A stretch of 53,246 nucleotides of DNA from a virus (lineage: Duplodnaviria; Caudoviricetes). The notes under the pieces were generated by a model, which did not search any database, was not told the origin of the DNA, and saw only the letters and a list, made by a program, of their open reading frames with translations. Positions 18,778-28,045 of the stretch are shown in pieces. A program made the translations under genes and the position numbers. The DNA lies in IMG/VR virus record IMGVR_UViG_3300042945_002100, positions 1 to 53,246 of that record. One strand, written 5' to 3'. The first letter of the stretch is position 1. Each line of letters starts with the position of its first letter.

Positions 18778-20322
18778 ATGCCAGAGATCATTGTCCATAG
18801 GCACAACACGGTTCATAGCCGTTTAGCATGCGAGCCTGCAATTGCCCGTGAAATACAGGAGTTCTTCACTTTTGAGGTGCCAAACGCACGATTTACTCCT
18901 GCATATCGAAACAAGCATTGGGATGGCAAAATACGAATGTTCCAACCAAGGAACGGTCTGCTTTATGTTGGCCTTCTTGACCATTTGGCACAATTCTGCG
19001 AAGAACGAAAGTATCACCTTGTTGTTGACAGAAAGTTGATCAATCCCGTGGAGCCTTGCACTCGCGAGGATTGCATCAGCAAAATCATCAAGGGGTTGAA
19101 TCTGACTGCCCGTGGAGAATCAATAGAGCCTCATGAGCATCAGATAGATGCGATACATCACGCATTGAACACCAATCGTTGTTTGTTGTTGTCACCCACG
19201 GCAAGTGGGAAAAGTCTGATTATCTATGTACTTGCACGCACATATTCGACATTGCTGAACATGATCGACTGCGATACGGGTACAGAGCCTAGAAGAACAT
19301 TGATCGTGGTGCCGAGCATATCGCTTGTCACACAACTGTTCAACGACTTTCAGGACTATTCATCCAAAGAGCCGCATGGATGGAATGTAAATGATTATGT
19401 CCATAAGGTGTTCGGTGGGGAAGACAAGGATGATCCTACCAAACAAATCGTGATAACGACATGGCAGTCGATATACAAATTACCAAAAGAATATTTTGAA
19501 CAATTTGGTGCCGTTATTGGTGACGAGGCTCATTTGTTCAAAGCAGCAAGCCTGACAAGCATCATGACTAAATTGACCAATTGTCCATACAGGATTGCTC
19601 TCACCGGAACACTTGACGGAACCCAAACCAATAAACTGGCAATCGAAGGTTTATTTGGAACCGTCAAGCAAGTCACGACCACGAAAGACCTGATAGAGAA
19701 AAAGTTACTATCAAATCTTGAGATAGATTGTTTGTTGCTTACTTACCCCGAAGAAATATGCAAAACCGTAGCATCGCTTCCTTATCAAGAGGAAATTGAC
19801 TGGCTTGTTAGTTGTGATGGCAGAAATGCATTTATTTCGAAACTTGCATGTTCTACCAAAGGAAACACTCTTGTGCTTTTTCAATTCGTTGAAAAACACG
19901 GCAAACCGCTTTATGAGAGAATAAAGAATCTTGCAGACAGCAGCAGGAAAGTCTTTTATGTTTCCGGTGAAACAGAAGGCGAAGTCCGTGAAGACATTCG
20001 ACACATAACCGAACAAGAAGACAATGCGATCATCGTGGCTTCTTATGGCACCTTTTCCACAGGGATAAATATACGATCCTTGCGAAACATCATTTTTGCA
20101 TCTCCTTCCAAGAGCCGAATTCGTGTATTGCAAAGCATAGGACGGCAACTGAGAAAGTCTGAAAGAAAAGACAAAGCGAGATTATATGACATTGCTGATG
20201 ATTTGCATTGGAAGTCAAGAAAGAATCACACTCTCAAGCATTTTATAGAACGAGTGAAGATATACAACGAAGAATCATTCGATTACAAGATGGTCAAATT
20301 TCCGATCAAGGAGGCAATATGA
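18778..20322 (+). CDS. uvsW: DNA helicase UvsW
   Basis: WDGKIR, SPTASGKS, DEAH, LTGT, QSIGRQLR. Confidence 0.95.
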   Translation: MPEIIVHRHNTVHSRLACEPAIAREIQEFFTFEVPNARFTPAYRNKHWDGKIRMFQPRNGLLYVGLLDHLAQFCEERKYHLVVDRKLINPVEPCTREDCISKIIKGLNLTARGESIEPHEHQIDAIHHALNTNRCLLLSPTASGKSLIIYVLARTYSTLLNMIDCDTGTEPRRTLIVVPSISLVTQLFNDFQDYSSKEPHGWNVNDYVHKVFGGEDKDDPTKQIVITTWQSIYKLPKEYFEQFGAVIGDEAHLFKAASLTSIMTKLTNCPYRIALTGTLDGTQTNKLAIEGLFGTVKQVTTTKDLIEKKLLSNLEIDCLLLTYPEEICKTVASLPYQEEIDWLVSCDGRNAFISKLACSTKGNTLVLFQFVEKHGKPLYERIKNLADSSRKVFYVSGETEGEVREDIRHITEQEDNAIIVASYGTFSTGINIRSLRNIIFASPSKSRIRVLQSIGRQLRKSERKDKARLYDIADDLHWKSRKNHTLKHFIERVKIYNEESFDYKMVKFPIKEAI

Positions 20323-20837
20323 TGCAGTTTTCCAAAGATGGCATGCCACCAGCAACTAAAATTCTTCGTCTTAAGAATGGCGAAATACTCATAGCAACAG
20401 TTCAATATTTTGGTAATGACTGCGTCTTAGAAAGACCCATGTCAATGGTATCTCTGCCAGTCATAGGAAAAACTGGCAAAATGGAAAAGGTGGGAGTTTA
20501 CCTGAAAGATTGGGTCGAATACAGCAATGATACATACTTCACCATCCCAAAAGAAATGGTCTTGGTGATGGCCGAACCAGATCAACGAATGTATGCAGAT
20601 TACCTAGAGGCAAAAATTCATTCTGACATACAAAAAGCACAAAGTGAACTTGCTGAAGTAATGCAGGAATACATCTCGAAGATGGAATTTCCTAGCATGA
20701 AAGGTAAAGAAGAGGATGACAAACCATCAGAAGATGGTTACAATCCAACAACCAATGAAGACGAAGATACGATTGATGAAGAGGATGAGGATGACGGTCT
20801 TCCGTGGTGGAAAGGCGATCCTCGTATACGATTCTAA
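20319..20837 (+). CDS. Conserved hypothetical protein (Sm-like fold) with acidic tail
   Basis: KILRLKNGEILIA..LERPM; GGAGG RBS; usual position between uvsW and gp55. Confidence 0.65.
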   Translation: MMQFSKDGMPPATKILRLKNGEILIATVQYFGNDCVLERPMSMVSLPVIGKTGKMEKVGVYLKDWVEYSNDTYFTIPKEMVLVMAEPDQRMYADYLEAKIHSDIQKAQSELAEVMQEYISKMEFPSMKGKEEDDKPSEDGYNPTTNEDEDTIDEEDEDDGLPWWKGDPRIRF

Positions 20838-20952
20838 CTGTACTATTAGTACTTAATAGAACCTTTCATTTCATACTGGACACCGGTATTTATGCTCACT
20901 TCGGATCAGCAGGCAAAAATTATTCTAGATTCATGCAAATTGTGGAGATATC

Positions 20953-21525
20953 ATGGGCAAGAACAGCACTCATTACATAGACAACAACCGTTTTCTGTTG
21001 GAAATAATAGAACATCGGAAAGTAGTGGCAAAAGCAAAGAAAGAGGGAACAAAGCCTCCTGGTGTATCAAATTACATAGGTCAATGTTTTCTTGACATTG
21101 CAAACAACCTTTCCAAGAAACCTAATTTTGCAAATTACAGTTTCAAAGAAGAGATGGTGGGAGATGCGGTGGAGAACTGCATCATGTATGCCACTAACTT
21201 TGATCCCAAGAAGTCAAAGAATCCCTTTGCCTTCTTCACACAGATCACTTTCTACGCCTTCCTGCGCCGCATACAGAAAGAGAAGAAGCAACTCTACATC
21301 AAGTTGAAGTGCTTTGAGGACAATGATCCAACCGGTAAGTTTAGAAATTGGATGGAAGAGGGAAAGTTGGACACAACAACCGATGAAGTGGCAGAAATCA
21401 TAGGGCTATCCGAAACGGACATGATCAATTTCAACAAAGAAAAGCAAAGTAAGTTAAAGAAGAAGCGCAAGCGCAGGGGAAGCAAAACTACAAATAATGT
21501 ACTTGACGACTTCATGGATGAGTGA
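20953..21525 (+). CDS. gp55: Late transcription sigma factor gp55
   Basis: HYIDNNRF, YIGQCFLDIANNLSKKPNFANY, NPFAFFTQITFYAFLRRIQKEKKQ. Confidence 0.95.
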   Translation: MGKNSTHYIDNNRFLLEIIEHRKVVAKAKKEGTKPPGVSNYIGQCFLDIANNLSKKPNFANYSFKEEMVGDAVENCIMYATNFDPKKSKNPFAFFTQITFYAFLRRIQKEKKQLYIKLKCFEDNDPTGKFRNWMEEGKLDTTTDEVAEIIGLSETDMINFNKEKQSKLKKKRKRRGSKTTNNVLDDFMDE

Positions 21526-21531
21526 TAGACT
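21503..21531 (+). promoter_or_regulatory. Sigma70-type promoter for the gp47/gp46 unit
   Basis: TTGACG-N17-TAGACT, 7 nt before ATG 21539. Confidence 0.6.
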
Positions 21532-21538
21532 CGACGCA

Positions 21539-21775
21539 ATGACAAATGAGGATATCATTATTCTGAACGCAAGGATTGCCACCGTTCTTGTTGACCGAAA
21601 CGAGTTAGACGATCCCGAAAAGAAGAAACGAGCCGTTATTGCCATTGAGCAAATCATCAAGAACTACAAGACAGTCCTTGAGGAGAACGCGGAACTGAAG
21701 CGATATGCAACCAAGATGCGAACCAAGGCTCTTGATGACATTGCAAAATTGGACGAGGAGTTGGGTCTTTCATGA
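21539..21775 (+). CDS. Hypothetical coiled-coil protein
   Basis: ORF overlaps the gp47 start (ATGA). Confidence 0.6.
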   Translation: MTNEDIIILNARIATVLVDRNELDDPEKKKRAVIAIEQIIKNYKTVLEENAELKRYATKMRTKALDDIAKLDEELGLS

Positions 21776-22818
21776 AGATCGCCATCATTACCGACACACA
21801 CTTCGGGGCTAGGTCAGATTCTCCGATCTTTTTGCATCATTTCTTCAAGTTCACGGAAGAGGTGTTCATGCCGTACTTGGAGAAGAACAAGATAGACACG
21901 GTGCTGCACTTGGGGGACTTGCTTGATCGACGCAAGTTCATCAATTTTGCCACCCTGAATGAGGTCAGAAAGCGTTTCATACAGCCACTTGTGTCCAAGC
22001 ACAAGGTTTATGCGATCCTTGGCAACCATGATGTCTACTTCAAAAACACGAATCAGGTCAATTCCATGCGGGAATTGTTTCACAATGACTTTGGTGACGG
22101 TCTATTGGAACAACCAAAGATTCTTGAATTTGATGGAGCGAAGATCGCGTTCGTGCCTTGGATCACTAAGGACAATTACGATGAGTGCATGGCCTTCATT
22201 CAGAAGGCAGCGGAGGAAAAGGTTCCCTTCCTCATGGGACATTTGGAACTGACGGGCTATGAAGTCATGCGTGGCGTGAAGCATGAAGACGGAATGGATC
22301 CTGCCATCTTCAAGGACTTTGAGGCGGTCTTCAGCGGACACTTTCATCAAAAGCACAGCCGTGGCAATGTCAACTATCTCGGTACACCGTATCAGATCAC
22401 ATTTGCTGATCTCAATGAGCCAAAGGGTTTTCATGTGTTTGATACCGAGGACAGGACGCTTGAATTCATTCGCAATCCTCTTACCATTTTCACTCAACTC
22501 ATCTATGATGATGAAAAAGATGACTACACCTCCTGTGACTTGGATAAATACAAGCACACCTTCGTTCGCGTGATAGTTCGCAAGAAGACCAATCCCGTGA
22601 TGTTTGACACCCTGATCGACAGGCTGACGAACATCGGAGTCTACGGAGCCACGGTGATTGAGGACAAGGAAATGGGAATCACCCTTACGGAACAAGTGGA
22701 TGTGGCGCAGGACACTTTGTCAATCATCAACAACGAGATTGACCAATTGAAGGTCGCCAATCCCAACAAACTCAAGAACATTCTTAAGGAACTGTACTTG
22801 GAATCACTCTATGCTTAA
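21772..22818 (+). CDS. gp47: Recombination endonuclease subunit gp47 (Mre11/SbcD-like)
   Basis: IITDTHFG, HLGDLLDRR, GNHD, GHLE, SGHFH. Confidence 0.95.
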   Translation: MKIAIITDTHFGARSDSPIFLHHFFKFTEEVFMPYLEKNKIDTVLHLGDLLDRRKFINFATLNEVRKRFIQPLVSKHKVYAILGNHDVYFKNTNQVNSMRELFHNDFGDGLLEQPKILEFDGAKIAFVPWITKDNYDECMAFIQKAAEEKVPFLMGHLELTGYEVMRGVKHEDGMDPAIFKDFEAVFSGHFHQKHSRGNVNYLGTPYQITFADLNEPKGFHVFDTEDRTLEFIRNPLTIFTQLIYDDEKDDYTSCDLDKYKHTFVRVIVRKKTNPVMFDTLIDRLTNIGVYGATVIEDKEMGITLTEQVDVAQDTLSIINNEIDQLKVANPNKLKNILKELYLESLYA

Positions 22819-22829
22819 GGAGCATTACA

Positions 22830-23153
22830 ATGTCACTACCGATTAAACTAGTTGGACTTCAGGGCGGCGAACAACTGATTGCACAGATCGTCAACGAGGA
22901 CTTTGCAAACAGCATCGTCACTCTCAAGAATCCTGCCATTCTCATTCCCGCAGGACAAGGCAAGTTGGCTCTTGTTCCTTGGTTGCCCTACACCAATGCA
23001 GAAGAAGGCATCACTACTCGCGGCGTAAACTTCATTGTTGCCCCACAGGAGTCTCTACTCAACGAGTACAACACGGGATTCATCTCGGGTCTTGTTGTTC
23101 CGTCAAAGTCCGTTCAGGCAGCACCCGCAGGACTGAAACTCGTCACCGAGTGA
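22830..23153 (+). CDS. Conserved hypothetical protein (Sm-like)
   Basis: IKLVGLQGGEQLIA..LKNPAIL..LVPWLPY; AAGGAG RBS. Confidence 0.7.
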   Translation: MSLPIKLVGLQGGEQLIAQIVNEDFANSIVTLKNPAILIPAGQGKLALVPWLPYTNAEEGITTRGVNFIVAPQESLLNEYNTGFISGLVVPSKSVQAAPAGLKLVTE

Positions 23154-23199
23154 TTCTTGCAGACTGTGAAGACTGTCCCTGTAGGAAGCAAGTGTATAC

Positions 23200-24927
23200 A
23201 TGATTAGATTCAAGAAATTGAGATGGCGCAACTTGCTCTCTACAGGGCAGTACTTCACGGAAATAGATTTGGCAAAGACCGATACCACCCTGATCTGTGG
23301 GGAGAACGGCGCAGGAAAGTCCACGATGCTGGATGCCCTGTGCTTCGTTCTTTTCGGCAAGCCCTATCGAAACATCAACATTCCGCAGTTGGTGAACACC
23401 ATCAACCAGAAGGATTCATTGGTTGAGATTGAGTTCTCCATCGGCAAGGATGAATACAAGGTCATTCGCGGACAGGCTCCGAAGGTCTTTGAAGTCTATA
23501 AGAACGGCAAGTTGATAGATCAAGATGCAAAGAGCAAGGACTATCAGCGGATGTTTGAGGAACAGATTCTCCGTATGACCTACAAGTCATTCTGTCAGGT
23601 CATTATCCTTGGCTCTGCAAACTATGTCCCGTTCATGCGCTTGCCCGCCGCCGAACGCAGGGCAATCGTGGAAACCATCCTTGACATCAACATCTTCAGC
23701 ACCATGAACAGCCTGCTCAAGGGCAAGGTATCGCAGAGCCGTGAGGAACTGACAGAGATCGAAAGCAAGTTGACCGTCATCAAGGAGCGCATTTCCCTGC
23801 ACAAGAAGTACATGGAAGAGCGAACCAAGGACGAGAATGACTTGGCGCAGAAGTATGAAGACGAGATCAAGGAAGCAGAGGAGAAGGCTTCTGTTCTTGA
23901 GGAAGAGATTTCCGTCCTGCGTGAAAAGATTGAATTGCATCTTGGTGAGATTGATGACAAGGAGTCGGTTGACAAGACTAAGAACAACCTTGAATCGGTG
24001 CAGCGTCAGTTGAACAGCAAAATCAAGAACCTCAATAACAGCGTTGACTTCTACGAGAAGAATGACACTTGTCCGACTTGCACACAACACATTGAACCCG
24101 ATTTTCGAGATTCAATGGTAGCCTCATTGAACACGAAGAAGCAGGAGATCGACAAGGCAATTTCGGATATCGGCGCAACGCTCTCCGACACGAACAAGCG
24201 AATCGATCAGATTGCTTCCGTCATTCGTGTATTGAAGGTCACGGAAGTAGCGATCCAAGAGCGCAAGTCCGAACTGTCTGGTCACAGGAAGTTTGTTGAG
24301 AAGACCAAGCAAAAGTTGAGCGAGTCAAAGACGAGCAAGAAGGACGATACCAAGGAGCAGGAAGCCCTTGCTGCCCTTTCCAAGGAAGAGGAAGAGAATG
24401 TGGGTAGCCGCAAGGAGATCGTGGACACGCAGCACTATTACGGCATTGCTTCAACGCTCCTCAAGGATTCGGGCATCAAGAGCCGAATCATCAAGCACTA
24501 CATTCCGATCATCAACAAGGTCATCAACCAATACCTGACACAGATGGGTCTTTTCGTCAATTTCAATCTTGACGAGGAGTTCAATGAGACCATCTTGAGT
24601 CGCCACCGCGACACATTCACCTATGCTTCCTTCAGCGAGGGAGAGAAGAAGAAAATTGACTTGGCTCTTCTGTTTGCATGGAGAACGATTGCACAGATGA
24701 AGAACTCTGTGTCAACCAATCTCCTGATCTTGGATGAGGTGCTTGATGGAAGCCTTGACGATGCTGCCTGCGAGTCGTTCCTTGACATCCTGAAGGGAAT
24801 GGACGAAAACACCAATGTGTTTGTAATCAGTCACAAGCCAAAGGAACTGCTAGAAACCAAGTTCAGCAGAATCCTGACTTTCGTCAAGAAGAACAACTTC
24901 AGCGGAATTGCAAGCAGCAAGATTTAG
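23200..24927 (+). CDS. gp46: Recombination ATPase subunit gp46 (Rad50/SbcC-like)
   Basis: GENGAGKST, zinc hook CPTC, signature FSEGEK, LILDEVLDGSLD, VISH. Confidence 0.96.
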   Translation: MIRFKKLRWRNLLSTGQYFTEIDLAKTDTTLICGENGAGKSTMLDALCFVLFGKPYRNINIPQLVNTINQKDSLVEIEFSIGKDEYKVIRGQAPKVFEVYKNGKLIDQDAKSKDYQRMFEEQILRMTYKSFCQVIILGSANYVPFMRLPAAERRAIVETILDINIFSTMNSLLKGKVSQSREELTEIESKLTVIKERISLHKKYMEERTKDENDLAQKYEDEIKEAEEKASVLEEEISVLREKIELHLGEIDDKESVDKTKNNLESVQRQLNSKIKNLNNSVDFYEKNDTCPTCTQHIEPDFRDSMVASLNTKKQEIDKAISDIGATLSDTNKRIDQIASVIRVLKVTEVAIQERKSELSGHRKFVEKTKQKLSESKTSKKDDTKEQEALAALSKEEEENVGSRKEIVDTQHYYGIASTLLKDSGIKSRIIKHYIPIINKVINQYLTQMGLFVNFNLDEEFNETILSRHRDTFTYASFSEGEKKKIDLALLFAWRTIAQMKNSVSTNLLILDEVLDGSLDDAACESFLDILKGMDENTNVFVISHKPKELLETKFSRILTFVKKNNFSGIASSKI

Positions 24928-26225
24928 AAAATCTTGTTCTGAATCATTGCTTGAATTGCGCTTGCTGTAACCTTGTGCATCGCTTTGCGGTATCCCGTTG
25001 ATTGATGAATTAGGTCGAACAAGCCATTGCCAGCATCAGCAACCTTATAGTACTGTCCCTTGACTACGCTGCCGTTGTCGGTCTTCTTGTCCTGCTTGGC
25101 ATATAGTCTCATGCCTGCCTTGATTGCAGGAGCGGCTTCGTCAACTTGCTCAACCTCTTCGTTGGCAGCAAACGCAGCCTTATTGTCAGCGAGTTTCACG
25201 GTGACCATGTGCTTCTTGCTGGCAGGAGCCTTGAACATCTCAATAGCCTTGAGTTGAGCCTTGTATGAGGTCTCTGCCTGAACGGTCATCTTCTTGCCGT
25301 TGTAGAAAGCGATGTAATTGTTCATTGCTTCGTCAATCGCCTCAATCTCTTCGCTCATCTTGGTCTTGGGATCGTTGTTCCATTGAATGCCCTTGACATT
25401 CACATCATCGATCTTCACATTGCCTTTTGCGGTCTTGACATGAAGCAGATGACCCTTGGTTGCGAAACCTTGATCATACTTGTCCATGCGTAGGAGAGTT
25501 CCTGAAACGGTCTTGCCGCTCTTTAGGGTTATGTTGACGGGTGTACCCTGCTTGTACTTTGCCCGCATCTTCTCCCAATCCTGCTGACGGAAACGGAATG
25601 CTTCCGTCATTTCCTCTTCAACCTCTTCCTTTACAGACTCTTTAATTGATTTCATGCCCGCAATAATCATTCGTTTTGTTTGCTTATCGTAGGAATTTAC
25701 GATTTCTTTAATTTTTGCAACAGCGTCAGCAGCGTTTACTTTACGAATCTTTGCGTCAATCTCAGCCTGCTTTGCATCAACAGCCTCTTCGATCTCAACC
25801 TCTTCCTTCTTTGCCTTCTGCTTGCGAATGGTCTTTAGGATTTCAAAGTCCTTGCCGGTCAACTTACCATCCTTGTTGAAGTCGAGTTTGTGCTGCTTGC
25901 CAATGAGTTTTTCACCAACAAACTCTTCTTCCTCAACCTCTTCCTTCTTTGCATCCTTTTTGGCTATCATCTTTGCGCGGAGGGAAGTATTGACCTTCTT
26001 TAGTTGATCAGGAGTCAACTTCTTCTTTTCCGTCATTGATTCACGCAGAACCTCATAACCTCTTGCATCGTTTGCGATTTCCTGAACCGAATTCACATCA
26101 GCGGTTTCAACCACAACAAATCCGTTATTGTTGGAAAGAATAGTACCAACACCATCCTTCTTGATAGTATTGGCGGCAAAATTGGCGAGGGACAGGCTGT
26201 TAAACTTGTATGTCAGGCGTTCCAT
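24924..26225 (-). CDS. Putative internal head polyprotein (Lys/Glu-rich, multi-module)
   Basis: Late promoter at 26259-26265, GGAG RBS; modules separated by acidic linkers ending in x-x-E; EF-hand-like LDFNKDGKLTGKDF. Confidence 0.65.
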   Translation of the reverse strand: MERLTYKFNSLSLANFAANTIKKDGVGTILSNNNGFVVVETADVNSVQEIANDARGYEVLRESMTEKKKLTPDQLKKVNTSLRAKMIAKKDAKKEEVEEEEFVGEKLIGKQHKLDFNKDGKLTGKDFEILKTIRKQKAKKEEVEIEEAVDAKQAEIDAKIRKVNAADAVAKIKEIVNSYDKQTKRMIIAGMKSIKESVKEEVEEEMTEAFRFRQQDWEKMRAKYKQGTPVNITLKSGKTVSGTLLRMDKYDQGFATKGHLLHVKTAKGNVKIDDVNVKGIQWNNDPKTKMSEEIEAIDEAMNNYIAFYNGKKMTVQAETSYKAQLKAIEMFKAPASKKHMVTVKLADNKAAFAANEEVEQVDEAAPAIKAGMRLYAKQDKKTDNGSVVKGQYYKVADAGNGLFDLIHQSTGYRKAMHKVTASAIQAMIQNKIF

Positions 26226-26258
26226 GGTCTCTCCTAAAGATGGGCAGTTGTATACCCA

Positions 26259-26265
26259 TATTTAG
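26259..26265 (-). promoter_or_regulatory. Late promoter
   Basis: TATTTAG on + (CTAAATA on -). Confidence 0.65.
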
Positions 26266-26278
26266 GATTTTTCAAAGC

Positions 26279-26707
26279 CTACTTGTGGTTTGCCATAAAT
26301 TGAAAAACTTGTGCGGGAGATTTCTTACAGCACTCCTTTTGGTATGTGGCTTCTGCTGTTACCCGTTCCTTGTTGATCTCAATTTCAATCTTCTCCATTT
26401 CCTCCTTTGAAGGAGGCACCCATTGGTGTGTAATCGTTGGCGTTTGCTTCAACTCATGCATTGACAGTTCAAGCCCATTTCTTAAAATCAAATCCCATTC
26501 AAGAATAGGAAGAGTAAAGGCGCGAAACATTGCGTAAAAGTCACGCATAAGTTCGATAATGTTTTCTCCAGCAGGCATCACTGGTTCTTCTGTAGTGGCT
26601 ACAACTCTGCCTTTTTCATCGTAATAAACTTCATACAGGTTGTAACTGTAGTAGGTCTTTCCGATTGCATGGGTTGTTTTGCGTATTACGCGATAATCCC
26701 AACTCAT
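26279..26707 (-). CDS. Hypothetical protein
   Basis: MSWDYRVIRK..LYEVYYDEKG, a common phage hypothetical pattern; CTAAATA at 26740-26746 upstream. Confidence 0.65.
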   Translation of the reverse strand: MSWDYRVIRKTTHAIGKTYYSYNLYEVYYDEKGRVVATTEEPVMPAGENIIELMRDFYAMFRAFTLPILEWDLILRNGLELSMHELKQTPTITHQWVPPSKEEMEKIEIEINKERVTAEATYQKECCKKSPAQVFQFMANHK

Positions 26708-26759
26708 GGTGCGACCTTCCTTTCTACGAAAGACGGAGGTATTTAGAAACCAAAGTAGA

Positions 26760-27356
26760 TTAGATGCGATTCGCAAGAGCATCATAAACCCTTCTCGGAA
26801 TCTTCTTATGGGATTGCGCCCTAAAACTTGCAGGCATCTGCGACAACACCGTAGGACTTTTCATCAATTCTTGCTCAAAGGGCCAGAATTTCCTGTATTC
26901 TCGCATGAAGTAATGGACATAAATGTAACAATTTGCCATGCGAGTATAGCGGTCAACATTGATTGGTAGATCATGCTTTTTAATCAATTTGATTGAGCGC
27001 ATTTCGCAGTCTCGCTCCATCTCACGAACACAATCAAAAGCCTTGTCGATGATTCGACTAGAATATTGTTTGCCATTGAACCAATTGTCGATGATGGCAT
27101 TTGATTTGTCGCTTTTACGATAGACCGGAGATTTTTCGATCCATTGGAGAAAGTGACAATATTCATGAATCAGGACTTCGAACCAAAGAGTGTTTTTTCT
27201 GGCAACCCGAAGTTCAAGATCATTGTCGGAAAAATACCCTGCTGCCCGATACCCACCACAGTTCAATTCCTTGCCTCTGCCGAATATAATTCGGCAACCA
27301 TGCTCTGCCATATGGTCTCTTACCTTGTCCACGAAATGGCGTTGGGCTTTGAGCAT
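26760..27356 (-). CDS. Zincin-like metallopeptidase domain protein
   Basis: EVLIHEYCHFLQW with downstream EMERDCE; AGGAG RBS. Confidence 0.65.
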   Translation of the reverse strand: MLKAQRHFVDKVRDHMAEHGCRIIFGRGKELNCGGYRAAGYFSDNDLELRVARKNTLWFEVLIHEYCHFLQWIEKSPVYRKSDKSNAIIDNWFNGKQYSSRIIDKAFDCVREMERDCEMRSIKLIKKHDLPINVDRYTRMANCYIYVHYFMREYRKFWPFEQELMKSPTVLSQMPASFRAQSHKKIPRRVYDALANRI

Positions 27357-27381
27357 GGATATCTCCTTTGAGAGTAGGTGT

Positions 27382-27690
27382 TTACGCTAGCATAGCAATT
27401 TTCTGTCCTTCAATCAAGAGGAAAATTTTGGTTCCCATAATGTTACGAATTGTCTCCTTATGTTCATTTGTCAAGGAGTTCGGTAATCTAACCATTTGTA
27501 AAATCAAGGCTTCTTTGGCTTTTTGAGTTTTTCGGCAACCACAGGAGTTGGGGTCCAAATAATCTCGCATGGCGGTTAGCCATGCTGTCAAATGGCGTAT
27601 CTCAGCCGCCGCCAGTTCCTTCTCTTTGGGCAGGAGAAGCCCGTACAAGGCTTCTGGCGTGTCAAAGGTAACCGAAGGCATCTCACTCAT
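27382..27690 (-). CDS. Hypothetical protein
   Basis: GGAGG RBS; coupled to the upstream ORF; SCGCRK motif. Confidence 0.6.
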   Translation of the reverse strand: MSEMPSVTFDTPEALYGLLLPKEKELAAAEIRHLTAWLTAMRDYLDPNSCGCRKTQKAKEALILQMVRLPNSLTNEHKETIRNIMGTKIFLLIEGQKIAMLA

Positions 27691-28042
27691 CAAAGCCTCC
27701 ATAAAGCCATTTATCGGCTTTGGTAAACGCCCTATAAGTTAGTAGCCCACCAAAATAGGTTATCGGAATAAACTGCCAACTTGAAAATAGTAGGGTCATG
27801 CCAATCGAAAGAGCCATTCCGAAACAATATGGACAAGAAAGCCATCGAATCAAAAACGAATCATATTGAATCCTCATGAATGTACCGTAGGACATTTGAG
27901 AATTGAATTCAAGTTCCCGCTTGTATTCTCTTTTTTTCGAAATCCACTCTGGTAGGAATCTTGAATATTCGTAAACGGCACTTGTCTCGTACAGTATAAA
28001 GAGCAACACTCCTACCCATAGCATCGCAAAAAAGTCACTCAT
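27683..28042 (-). CDS. Membrane protein with CxxC motif (DUF1360-like)
   Basis: Hydrophobic segments; WLSCPYCFGM. Confidence 0.6.
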   Translation of the reverse strand: MSDFFAMLWVGVLLFILYETSAVYEYSRFLPEWISKKREYKRELEFNSQMSYGTFMRIQYDSFLIRWLSCPYCFGMALSIGMTLLFSSWQFIPITYFGGLLTYRAFTKADKWLYGGFDE

Positions 28043-28045
28043 AAT

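Noticed and set aside
1381-24815. Many minus-strand ORFs of 60-220 aa across the core genes
   Set aside because: They lie opposite well-recognised T4-like genes and lack start signals
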